From: Zygnema circumcarinatum SAG 698-1b
Lineage: Eukaryota > Plantae > Zygnematophyceae
Reading direction: 5' to 3'
NCBI GenBank assembly: GCA_037447605.1
Contig: CM074821.1
Coordinates: forward strand, 806,001 to 870,000
DNA length: 64,000 nt
Part shown: one piece after another, positions 54,122 through 64,000 of the stretch
How the letters are laid out: each line of letters opens with the position of its first letter
Position numbering within the stretch: position 1 is the stretch's first letter
Position numbers and translations under genes: made by a program
The notes under the pieces: model-generated
Database searches by the model: none
Seen by the model: only the letters and a program-made list of their open reading frames with translations
What the model was told of the DNA's origin: nothing

Positions 54122-54571
54122 CAGTGGCGGCTCCGCGGTTGGCTATAGGGGGCTTGACCCTCCCTCAGACTTTGAAAATCTGTTAGCCTCTGATCGCCGT
54201 TCAAGGTTGGAACTGCAAAAACATGCCCCGATTCTCAGCCTTTCCTGAACCCGCCCCTATCCATCCACACATTCACTTTAGCCAACTCCTTGAGCCTGCC
54301 AAAACCCTAAAAGACTTCCCGCTGTGGTTTGCAGGACTTTGCAGATATGCAAAAAGGTTTTGCATGCGTCTTAGAAGGCAGCGTTTCCGCATCGTTGTTC
54401 AGGCATGAATCCAGAAGTTTAGTTCAGAGAGGGCTGACCACTGAATTGGGAAAAAAATCTGCAATTCGAGTGTGTTTCTGCTATTTAACCTTCAAAGGTT
54501 AACAGGTTTTTCAAATTCCGAGGGGGAGGCCCAGCCCCCTCACTGCCCCCCTCCCCATGGGTCCGCCACTG
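54122..54571. mobile_element. Degenerate hAT-like MITE
   Basis: The left end CAGTGGCGGCTCC...GGGGGCTTGACCCTCCCTCAG and right end CCGAGGGGGAGGCCCAGCCCCC...GGTCCGCCACTG are imperfect inverted repeats. CAGTGGCGG is a common hAT terminus. No 8-bp TSD is preserved. Confidence 0.5.
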
Positions 54572-54974
54572 GGGCTGCTTTGAAGCTCCCTTTCTTTCCC
54601 TCCTCTTTGCATCCGTTAGCGTGCAGCGTTGTACCGCTCAACTGTTTCCATGTGCAGTGTCCGTCCAGCGCTGAGCTGGGCCGGCATGTTCACACCGCCC
54701 TGGGCTGTGACAAAACCTGCCTCGCTCTGTGGTGCCCTGTGAAGATCTGGCTGGCTTCCATGCTCCTCCAAGGGCAAGGACAGGGTCATGGTCCAACTTT
54801 CTTCCAACTTTCTTCCAACTTCGCTAGTGCAATCTCGCACGTGCGAACTGTTGAAGCATATTTGGAGGGGGGGGGGTGCATGGACCTCTCCAACTTTGGG
54901 TCTCGCCCTCGTACCCAAATAAACAAATGGGATAAAACGTAACGCAAACTTTCATTGAACTCGCGATGGCGAGG

Positions 54975-55115
54975 CCATCAAATTTACATGGATAAAGGCA
55001 AAATGTGGAACCACGAAGGACTGGTCACAAAGGACCGAAACACAATAAAACGAAGCTAGGAGCGGAAAACTACGCCTAGGCACAACAACGCAGCCCTAGA
55101 AGCAGCCGCGAAGGT
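54975..55115. repeat. Dispersed hairpin repeat family, copy 2
   Basis: GCCATCAAATTTACATGGA...GGAACCACGAAGGACTGGTCACAAAGGA and GCAGCCCTAGAAGCAGCCGCGAAGG are shared with 33725-33950. Confidence 0.62.
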
Positions 55116-55520
55116 CACCGATGTGAGGCACGTCGCGATAAAACTAATCAAAAATTTAGGTAGATTACAAATTAGAAGGCGACACGTGGCATGTTTGCTT
55201 GTCACTTCCTCTTGCCGTCTGGTCATGTTTAGGGCTGCGCCACGTCGGCGCCGCGTGGCAATATCCGTTGGCTCTGGAGTCGCCACGTGTCGCTCCTCCG
55301 GCTTTCGTCCGCTTTGGACCAACCGATCGAGCCAAAGCTGCGTACGGCATCTGCAGGGGTGTTCTATGGAGGGATTTGGTCCCGTTCAGCGTTGAACGTT
55401 GGGACGTCGTACCACATTCGTGACGTCATCCTCAGTAAATGACGCCAATACTGCCTGTAAGGTTTTCCGTACAGTAGCTTTTGTACAGTACAGTACAGTA
55501 CATTACGCGTAGCAGGATTT

Positions 55521-57529
55521 CACAGATCGGACCATTAGACAAACCAGTCGACTGGTTGGCAACCAGTGGTTGCGGACCGAAACAACCATTCGACTGGTTG
55601 CCAACCAGTGGATGCCACTGGTTCGCAACCAGTCGACTGGTTGCCAACCAGTGGCATCCACTGGTTCCAATTCAGTCGACTGGTTGCCAACCAGTGGTTG
55701 CGGACCGAAACAACCATTCGACTGGTTGCCAACCAGTGGATGCCACTGGTTGCCAACCAGTCGAATGGTTGCCAACCAGTGGCATCCACTGGTTCCAAAC
55801 CAGTCGACTGGTTGCCAACCAGTGGCATCCACTGGTTCCAAACCAGTCGACTGGTTGCCAACCAGTGGCATCCACTGGTTGGCAACTAGTCGACTGGTTG
55901 CGAACCAGTGGCGCAGGACTGAAACAACCATTCGACTGGTTCGGAACCAGTGATCAAATGGTTGGCAACCATTAAATTGTCGGTGTACGGATCCCCGTAT
56001 TGTCGATATACTGTAAATATTTTCCGTACGATTTTCCGGCAATTTTTCCGGCAATTTTTTAAAGGAAAATTCTATTCTCACACCTTTTTTGTCTACACAC
56101 AGACCTCTTTCGCAGGGCAGATTTTAAAATAGACCAAAAAGGAACACACCTTTCACACCTTTTTTTCTCACCTTTTTTTTCACACCGTTTTGGAATCGAT
56201 AGACGCTACTAGTCCTGAGCGGCCGGGCGCCGTGAGACCTTTTTCTGTCGGGCAGATTTTACTCATCATTTATTTTCAGGGAATAAAATATCTGCCTGCC
56301 CGAATCCGCTCGGAGCGGAAGATCCGTCCTCCACGAGATCGTTCGCGGATGGCCGTCCTTCACACGTGCAATAATTTTCCGCCGTCGATATTCACGCATA
56401 TCGCACCATGGCAGATCACCGTTCGATCAGCAGCCGGGCTCTGTCCCACGTGTCCCACCCAAGCCGGCTCCAAGGACCGTACAAAATGCGCACGCCCGCA
56501 GCTTCGAGGAAAGTCAAAAAACGTCATAATTAAGTTGAGTGCCTGCACCAATCACAGTTTGTCACGCCTACAACGAGCACGCGGCAGATGGTGATTGGTT
56601 CAAGCTCTCAATGCTAAGGAATTTAGACTTTCCTCGAAGCTTTCCGTACGAGTTGTGTACGGACCTCGAGCCGGCTCGGGTGGGACACGTGGGCGTGTGC
56701 CATTCGCTGGGACCGAGCCCAGCTGCCGATCGAACGGTGATCTGCCGTGGTGTGATCTGCGCTAGAATCGACGGTGTATAGATTCTGCACGTGTGAAGGA
56801 CGGCCACCCGCGAACGATCTCGTGGCGGACGGATCTTCTGCTCCGAGAGGATTCGGGCAGGCCGATATTTTTTCCTTTGAAAAAAACAAAAAGGGGTAAA
56901 ATCTGCCCGATGGAGAAAGGTGTGTATCGATTTCAAAAAGGTGTGGAAAAAAAGGTGAAAAAAAAGAAGGTGAGAAGGTGTGAAAGGTGTGTTCTTTTTT
57001 TGTGCTATTTTAAAATCTGCCCGGCGAAAAGAGGCCTGTGTGTAGACAAAAAAGGTGTGAGTATAGAATTTTCCTTTTTTAAAATTGCCGGAAAATCGTA
57101 CGGAAAATATTTATAGTATATCGACAATACGGGGATCCGTACACCGACAATTTAATGGTTGCCAACCATTTGATTTAATGGATATGACCATTCGACTGGT
57201 TGCCAACCAGTGCTGCCGGATCGAAACAACCATTCGACTGGTTGCCAACCAGTGCTGCCGGATCGAAACAACCATTCGACTGGTTGCCAACCAGTGGATG
57301 CCACTGGTTCACAACCAGTCGACTGGTTGCCAACCAGTGCCGCCGGATCGAAACAACCATTCGACTGGTTGCCGACCAGTAACCAGTCCACTGGTTGCCG
57401 ACCAAACTGGTTTGGAACCAGTGGATGCCACTGGTTGGCAACCAGTCGACTGGTTGCCGACCAGTAGACGTCCAACCATTGCCATCCAATGGTTGTCCAA
57501 TGGTTGCCGATCCAATGGTCTGACCTGTG
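55521..57529. mobile_element. Non-autonomous foldback DNA transposon, about 2.0 kb, almost entirely an imperfect palindrome
   Basis: Termini CACAGATCGGACCA (55521) and TGGTCTGACCTGTG (57529), with 8-bp TSD CAGGATTT at 55513-55520 and 57530-57537. Outer arms are palindrome arrays. Inner arms (about 55960-56555 vs 56591-57170) are inverted copies around a 35-nt loop (56556-56590). No transposase ORF. Confidence 0.9.
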
Positions 57530-57929
57530 CAGGATTTCCAAGCCGACAATGGCTTTTGGCGGCGGGCTTACGCCAATGCCATGCCATGCCATGGACAAAG
57601 CACCATGGGAAACCACGAGGAAACTGCCCACAACGCGTTTGAAGACAGGATTGCCACGAGGGCCCTTCAATCGCCGGGCCAATCCAAGTCCAACACGTAA
57701 GCAGATTGTCTGACGTGACGCGCTCTGACTGGTCCGACCTCACCCGCCCACTCTTGTACCAAGGCGGTGGCCGCCCGTCCACGTCATCCCACATGGCCCG
57801 CCGCCCCTCCCCGCGTGCGGCCAGTCAACGGTCAGTCAACGCGCACCGCGGCCCATCGACCAGATCTGCCACGCGGCGTGCTCTCCCCGCCTTCGGGCGC
57901 CGCGTCCCTCGCGGCGGCGCCTATGCGCG

Positions 57930-58077
57930 CCACGTGTTAGCCGCCGCCCTTTCCACCGAGCCACGTGGCCATCCCCCCCTCACCGACCCGCCCCGCTGGG
58001 CGCCGCGGCACGTGCGAGCCCCCTCCTTGTCCCGCGCGGAGCCTCCCCCCGAGACCCGGAGACTCGCACTATATAAA
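57930..58077 (+). promoter_or_regulatory. G-box-rich proximal promoter and TATA box of the secreted Cys-rich gene
   Basis: GCCACGTG at about 57930, GCCACGTGGC at 57960-57969, GCACGTGC at about 58008 and TATATAAA at 58070-58077. Confidence 0.6.
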
Positions 58078-58309
58078 GGGGCCCGCGGCAGCAGATGTTT
58101 GCAGACACTTTACCTCGCTCTCGCTCTCGCTCTCGCTCTCGCTCTCGCTCTCGCTCTCGCTCTCCCTCTCCCTCTCGCTCTCGCTCTCCCTCTCCCTCTC
58201 CCTCTCCCTCTCCCTCTCCCACCCCCTCTCCCTCTTCCTCTTCCCCCCCTTTTTCCCTCGCTGTGCTCGCAAGCCTCCCATATCTCTCCTCCGCTTCATC
58301 ACAGGCACA

Positions 58310-59074
58310 ATGATGCAGTCTCCATGCTTCAGAGCTCCCAGCGTGCCCGCTCTGGCCCTTCTCCTTTTTTCTCTCCTCTCTCTCCCTTCCGCCTTCGCTG
58401 GCCGCTCTCTCCCTCTCCCTCTCCCTGCCGCTGCTACGGCCGCTGACCCCATCATCCCCGACAACGCCACCTGTCACCTCGCCCTGAGCCTGGAGTGGCT
58501 TCCGCCCTTCTGCAAGGAGGGGCCCACCGGCTGCCTCGTCACGCATCTCCCCGCCAACGCGAAGCAGCTCCTTCGTGGAAAGTGCGCTTCAGACTTCTCC
58601 AAAACGCCTCACTGCACTGTGGGCCCCTTCCGGTTCGCTGTGGGAGTGAAAGGGATCCCTCCGTACGGCCCTTCCACTTGTGAGAAGTGCTCCTGTCACC
58701 TCCAAGCTAACCCTAAAAATGCTTCAAACCCTAAAAAGGAGGCGGTTTGCGACTGCGATCCTCTTCCCCCATGCTACGTCTCGTTGGCCGGCGCTACTGT
58801 TGCGCCAGGGTGCCCCTACGGCATTCAGTCGAGATGTGTCATATTGAAACCCAATGCAGGCAAGAAAGTAGCTGGAAAAGCGACGCATTTGGGCACATGT
58901 CAGGCTCCTGAGGTGACAATGTGCGTCTCAGGGGGGCCAACTTGGGGCCCTTTCTGCTATGGGGTTGGAGCGGTAAATGTGCCGTTTCCCGGGAATCGGT
59001 GCCTTGCTTGTAAATGCGGAGAAGGAGGAGCCATTGAGAGTTGCGTCGCTGTTCCAGGGTGCAAGCAGCCCTGA
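58310..59074 (+). CDS. Secreted cysteine-rich protein (254 aa, intronless) made of two tandem repeats of about 100 aa
   Basis: The ACAATG start follows a TATA box. A hydrophobic signal (ALALLLFSLLSLPSAFAG) precedes a region with 21 Cys. The repeated motif is GPF-x-[FY]-x-VG...C-x2-C-x-C. No family was recognised with certainty. Confidence 0.8.
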   Translation: MMQSPCFRAPSVPALALLLFSLLSLPSAFAGRSLPLPLPAAATAADPIIPDNATCHLALSLEWLPPFCKEGPTGCLVTHLPANAKQLLRGKCASDFSKTPHCTVGPFRFAVGVKGIPPYGPSTCEKCSCHLQANPKNASNPKKEAVCDCDPLPPCYVSLAGATVAPGCPYGIQSRCVILKPNAGKKVAGKATHLGTCQAPEVTMCVSGGPTWGPFCYGVGAVNVPFPGNRCLACKCGEGGAIESCVAVPGCKQP

Positions 59075-60885
59075 CGCCGCCCTCCCATTAATTTTCTATC
59101 TGTTGAAGGGTATCCGTCACGTGTTTCGGTGACAGACGAGTGGTAGTCATGCTTTATGTTTCGACCTTTTTCCCCTTATCAAGGGAAGGGCGAAGGAGAA
59201 GGGGGGAGGAAAGTCGACAATCTTCTTAAGGAACGTGGTTCAAACTTGGGGAGTAAATACGAGAGGGAGGTCTGCCTACACTGTTTTTAGGGCTGATGTT
59301 ATTCACAGCACCCACGCGCAAATGCTTTACTTTTTGCCCATTTTCTTCCCACCGAGCTGTAAAGTATCTTCGTTTTTTGGCGGCTTCTAGGAGCGAAGGG
59401 TGAGAGTACGGAGCAGCAGTACTTCAAGACAATTTGAAGACCGAATGTGGGACTTTCCAAACCGCTGGTTATTAGTTAACCAGCGGTTAATTAGTCAGTT
59501 GGCTGGATAGTTAGTTGGTTGGCGTGCTTGCCACCGTTGTGCATAGTTTGTTATTTAGCTTATAGAGGATAGACACCTACAATGTACAGTTACATTGAAC
59601 ATGTATATTCGTTACCCGCTCGCTTAGTTGAAGGCTCTGCCCCCTTTCTACTTTATCCTGGCAATGTCTATAGATAAAAAAGGAGGCAAAGAGAAATTAA
59701 TTTTCACGAATGTGAACTGTACGACTTACATTCTGATGCGTACATTTCTTTGTGGGTGAAACCATCTCTTATTCTTTCCCTCCTTCCCCTCCCAGTCCTC
59801 CGTCTTCCTCCCCTCTCCTCCCACATTCTCCCTCTCTCCTCCCCCGCTCCTTCACCCCCTTCACCTCCCACTGCCACCTCAGTTTCCTTCCTATGCGCAT
59901 CTCTAGGCGCCATGTACCCCTTCCGCAGTGAAGTTATTCATTTAAAGAAGAGAACGTCAACATTAAAGGGCATTCCAGTGTGTCGGTTATCCTGCTCCAG
60001 TTCGATACCTCCAGGAAGTTACCACTAGCTTGAGGCACACAAGCCTATTGTGATACGGTTTAATTCACAACCAACTTATTTAAACGTTTATCCGACAAAC
60101 CTAGAAAGGGAAAATTGCAAACCCGACACACGTAACCCCACCCCCAGCACAAACGTTTGTTGAAAATGCCATTTTCTCCTTCCTCCGTGTCTGTTTGCAT
60201 TCCAGCGCCTGCTTTCAGCACTCTCTCAGCACACGCGTACGCACCCTGAACACACCCCATTTATTGAATCCTCCTCCAATAACATATAAATGTGAACCTA
60301 GCGATTGTTGGACGAATGTCCAGAACCAGCCCACCACAGCTATAAAACAATCATTCCAACCCTTCATTTATGAAGCACAGGCGTCCAATACTGGTAGACA
60401 CTACCTACAAAACCACCGCTACATTTGTCCAAGCTGAACTTGCCTCGATAAGTCACAGAAGTAGCCAAAGGCGAAGAATTCATTCACTCAACAAAGGAGG
60501 GGAAAAAAAAGGGGGGGGGCCCTGAAAAGACCCTGCAAGAGCCGTGCCTCAAAAAGTTGTCTCAATTACATTTTAATAAGGCTGAAGTCTACTCTACCAC
60601 TGCCAGCCGTCAACTGTGAACTATAAACTATGTCAACTATTTCCCCCGAGAAGACGAAGAATTATTACTTTCAGGAATAGTAGCGGCCCTGCAAGACACC
60701 ATTCCCAACCTAACCTTGCAAGGCCATATACACCCTATCAATGTCGCCTCCCTCTCTCCCTCCCTCCCTCTCTCCCTTCCCGAGAGAAAGAGTGAGAGAG
60801 AGAGAGGGAGAGAGAAGCTCCTCCTTCCCCTCACATTCGTCGCCATTATCACGCAGCTCAGCCTCTGAAACAAAGCTGTACAACA

Positions 60886-62112
60886 TCAGCTTGAACCAGG
60901 AGGCATTACAACCACCTCCGTACTCGCCCGCCGCTGCCGCTCTTTCTGCATCCTCTTCTGATTCTGCACCATCAAAACGTCGTATGCTTCCTCCTTCAGT
61001 GCAGAAAAGTTCTTACTCTCCCGCCGATTCTCCCAGCTCTCATTTCCCTCCCCTCCTACCCCTCCCAGTCTGCTCGGTGACTTCTTCACAGATGCAAGCC
61101 CTTCACCAGTCGCTTTCTGCTTCCCGGCATAGCTCTGCTCTTTCCTTCTTCTTGGCGATTCAAGAGATGAAGTTGCCCCTCCAGTAGGGCTTCCGCTTGC
61201 AGACGACCCCCCGGGAGAGGTGACGGCTCCAAGCTTTGCAAGGAGAGCCTGACTCTGACTGAGACGGGGCGAATCAACACTGTTTCGGGAGGTAGAAACA
61301 GACCATGGCGCCATTTTCTCTGTACTGTGTCCCTCCTCTTCTTCCTCTCCCTCCTCTCCCACACGGAGGGACTTAGGTTTAGACCACACGGAACGAGGGC
61401 TGGAGGCAGGTGAAGAGCTTGGAGAAGCGGAAAGCCGGTCCGGACTGGAGGAAAACTCGCTCCTGCTGCTGTTCAAAAGCGCATTTAGGTTTGCTGATTT
61501 TTTTGAGACATCACTGGGAGACTTCAGGGCTGCCTCTCTCCTCTGCAAGGAACCCCCACGAGGAGATCCTAGCAACGAAGAAGGCGAAGAAAGAGTGAAA
61601 GCTGGAGACTTCCAGGGGTCATCTTTGCGCTCTTTTTCTCCCTCTGCAAGGATTTCGGAATGCAGCTTTGCTTGCATGTCTGAATAGATATCCGGATGAA
61701 GATCCAATCGAAAGCTAGTCGAACTCTCACTAGTTGGAGGGCTTCCCGAACTCTCTGAACTTCCTGCAACTTTCCCGCTCCGCCTTTCTGCAGCCCTAAT
61801 AAGAGCGTCTGCGGCTTTCCTGAACCCTGCAGCGTTGGGAGACTCCGGCTGCTTCCCTATGGCTGCTCTGGAAGCCTTCTTCCACGCCATCTTCGCCCTC
61901 TCCACCTTGGCTCTCTCCCGCGCCTCCTGCTCCTCCTCGTAGGAGACGAAATGCCGGCGGGAAGAGGGAGAGCCGAGCTGCTTCCTCTCCTCGGTCCGGC
62001 GCTGTCGCAGCATCTGCTCGGAAAGAGGCTGCTCCTGGAAGCACCCCACGCAGTCCAGCCATAGCGGGAAGCCCGGCAGGCAGAGGCCCCTGCCGGAGGT
62101 ACTTGCTGCCAT
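60886..62112 (-). CDS. Intronless Ser/Pro/Arg-rich, probably disordered protein of unknown function (408 aa)
   Basis: A 1.2-kb stop-free frame with a GGCATGG start, a CT-rich 5' leader and G-boxes at 62276 and 62344. It has many SP motifs and a charged helical-looking segment (EEEQEARERAKVERAKMAWKK). No family was recognised. Confidence 0.7.
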   Translation of the reverse strand: MAASTSGRGLCLPGFPLWLDCVGCFQEQPLSEQMLRQRRTEERKQLGSPSSRRHFVSYEEEQEARERAKVERAKMAWKKASRAAIGKQPESPNAAGFRKAADALIRAAERRSGKVAGSSESSGSPPTSESSTSFRLDLHPDIYSDMQAKLHSEILAEGEKERKDDPWKSPAFTLSSPSSLLGSPRGGSLQRREAALKSPSDVSKKSANLNALLNSSRSEFSSSPDRLSASPSSSPASSPRSVWSKPKSLRVGEEGEEEEEGHSTEKMAPWSVSTSRNSVDSPRLSQSQALLAKLGAVTSPGGSSASGSPTGGATSSLESPRRRKEQSYAGKQKATGEGLASVKKSPSRLGGVGGEGNESWENRRESKNFSALKEEAYDVLMVQNQKRMQKERQRRASTEVVVMPPGSS

Positions 62113-62599
62113 GCCCCCCCCGGTCTTTAGAATGGGGAAAGAAGTGGCGAGGAGGTGAGAGAGGGAGGGAGGAGGGAGAGAAGGAGAGAGAGTGGGAGAG
62201 AGAGGGAGCGAAGGAGGGAGCAGCGCACCCTCCTCGCTGGCTCTCCCTCCTCCGCCAATTTGCGCGTGCGGGAGCGCCACGTGGCGCCTCCCCGCCCTCC
62301 CCCCCCCTGCGCGGCGGCGGACCCGGTCGGTGGCTGCGGGGGTGCCACGTGGCGCGCTTCCATGATGGAATCCCGTTTAACGGAGCTACATGGAGATGTC
62401 GTACCATAAGGACGGTTTGCCTTACGGGATACGCGCACAGCCACATACGTGCGAGCGAGGCCGCCCATTGGCGCTTGGGCACGCTTTCTGCAAGTGCGAA
62501 CTTACATATGAAGAGGGGTGGAGTTAGGGATGGCCGAAATTTTTATATTTCGACTTTTATATTACTTTTATAACACCAAAGGACCATATAAACAATTCT

Positions 62600-62740
62600 T
62601 CGTGGTTCCCCATGAGGCTGATGTTGTCCATGCACATTTGATGGCATCATCGCCACCGTGAGATCAATGCCACTTCAAAAAAAAAAAGTCCATGAACAAA
62701 ATCAGCACCATGGGGAACCACGAGGAACTGGTCACACAGG
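62600..62740. repeat. Dispersed hairpin repeat family, copy with inverted arms
   Basis: TTCTTCGTGGTTCCCCATG...GTTGTCCATG pairs with CATGAACAAAATCAGCACCATGGGGAACCACGAGGAA. The spacer contains GTGAGATCAATGCCACTTC, as at about 33845. Confidence 0.7.
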
Positions 62741-63179
62741 AACACTTCCATTTCTTTCATAATGAGTTCTAAAAGTAGGGCCTCTCTCTCTCTTGCGGTG
62801 GATCCACACAACGTAAGGATGAACCTGGACGGGTCCTTTCGACAGGTACAGACAGGGTCGATCAAAGATCCGGGATCAACTTGACAGTCCAACGTCACGT
62901 GAAGGCTCCTCCAAGGTCACAAGGACGCTGGATGACGAAAATTGTCGTCATCGTCACTGTAGCGAATGGAAACGCGCCACGTGCCACTCCTCATGTACTG
63001 TACGTAGGTCGATGCTGGCTCAAATCTGGCCGTCCAGCGTTCTTGCAAGGACTGACGCCAGCTGACGCAAGAACCTCCGTCCAATTGATCTGTAACAGTG
63101 AACATAAAACCAACACAGTCCCGTTCGACAAGGAACGGAGTACGTGGCATCACACCGTAGCTGCCACGATGGCACAATG

Positions 63180-63219
63180 GACGGTCCGATGCCAGTGACG
63201 TCACTGGCACCGGACCGTC
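63180..63219. promoter_or_regulatory. 40-bp near-perfect palindrome centred on TGACGTCA
   Basis: GACGGTCCG-A-TGCCAGTGAC|GTCACTGGCA-C-CGGACCGTC has a single mismatched pair. Confidence 0.6.
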
Positions 63220-63920
63220 GGACCGTCCGTCTCTCCCTCCGGTCAATCGCTAAAGGTCTACTACAGTAAAACTACTGTACAGTGTGTTCAACCAAACGGA
63301 TTGCCGTACACCCGCACATGGCAGCCGTACGAAATACCCTATGATGTACCGTACATAAGTTGACGTAGATCTGCTGTGCGGTGAACACCTCCGATTGGCG
63401 ATTGTCTAGGCGCTTTCTGCCCAGTTCCAGCCTCCCCCGCTATCTGCCAACAATGTTCGTACCACCGCGGCCATGCACGTGGGTGGCGCGGAGCCACGGA
63501 AAAATAATTTGTTTGAGCTTTTCACATTTAACATATTCTTAAAACCAATGTAAATGCGACACGTGGCACAATTGCATATGTGGCGGCTTCGGAGATGAAG
63601 AAAGCCCCCAACGTGTGGTCCCAGCAGACCTGCAAACTGCAAACCGGGTTTTGGGGCAAACTGGGGGGAAGTTACAAACTTGGCTGAAGTTGAAAAACCG
63701 GGCGACGGTTCAGTGGTCGCAAGGCGTCGCATGAAGTCGCAGGGAGGGCCGTGCGACAGAAAGGCGCTCGGGGCCCTTCGCCGCCGCCACGTGGTGGCCC
63801 CGCTTGCCCTAAAAAAGGCTTAGGGCTTGCGGGCTTCCACGGGGAGGGAGATAGGAGAAAGGGAGCGAGAGGAAGGAGAGGGAGAGAGGGAGAGAGGGAG
63901 AGAGGGAGAGAGGGAGAGAG

Positions 63921-64000
63921 ATGGCGCTGGGAGCCATGGACGCGGCGGAGACCAACGATCAGGTGTACTCTCAAATTCCGCGCGACGTGGAGGGCGCGAA
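63921..64000 (+). CDS. Probable first exon of a gene continuing beyond the window
   Basis: An ATG follows a GA-rich leader and upstream G-boxes. It reads MALGAMDAAETNDQ followed by a possible donor CAG|GTGTAC. Too short to identify. Confidence 0.35.
   Translation, partial: MALGAMDAAETNDQVYSQIPRDVEGA

Noticed and set aside
54472-54942. 156-aa ORF downstream of the microprotein gene
   Set aside because: It overlaps the end of the hAT-like MITE, has a non-ATG start and shows no protein-like motif or promoter.
55512-57537. Alternative 9-bp TSD (GCAGGATTT / GAAATAATT), which would suggest a Mutator-like element
   Set aside because: It would remove the terminal G from opposite ends of the element in the two copies. 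An 8-bp TSD with symmetric CACAG...CTGTG termini fits both.
57965-58309. 5' extension of the Cys-rich ORF containing (SL)n
   Set aside because: It spans the TATA box and a (CTCGCT/CT)n 5'-UTR microsatellite. The signal peptide begins at the ATG at 58310.

Overview
Gene-dense nuclear DNA from a eukaryotic plant. The organism is probably a non-flowering streptophyte (streptophyte alga or bryophyte grade), inferred from a plastid-targeted MurJ plus plant-type SMO2, ClpR4 and NPC. About 15 mostly intron-containing genes, in order: SMO2 (5'-partial), a TMEM70-family gene, 20S proteasome alpha-5, ClpR4, a DJC82-like 4Fe-4S J-protein, chloroplast Hsp70, MurJ/MviN, a GT29 sialyltransferase-like protein with an EGF-like and a C-terminal Cys-rich module, a CDPK-superfamily kinase without EF-hands, MFAP1, non-specific phospholipase C, a 69-aa microprotein candidate, a secreted Cys-rich tandem-duplicated protein, an orphan Ser-rich ORF, and a probable first exon at the right edge. 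The most striking non-coding feature is a foldback DNA-transposon family present in two copies (3299-4023 and 55521-57529). Both have CACAG...CTGTG termini, 8-bp target-site duplications and arms built from arrays of short palindromes. Also present are MITEs, a dispersed hairpin repeat, self-complementary intron halves in MurJ, and promoters rich in G-box and GTAC motifs. Exon models were built by hand-translation and recognition of protein families from memory; no database search was run. Three 10-N gaps interrupt homopurine tracts.
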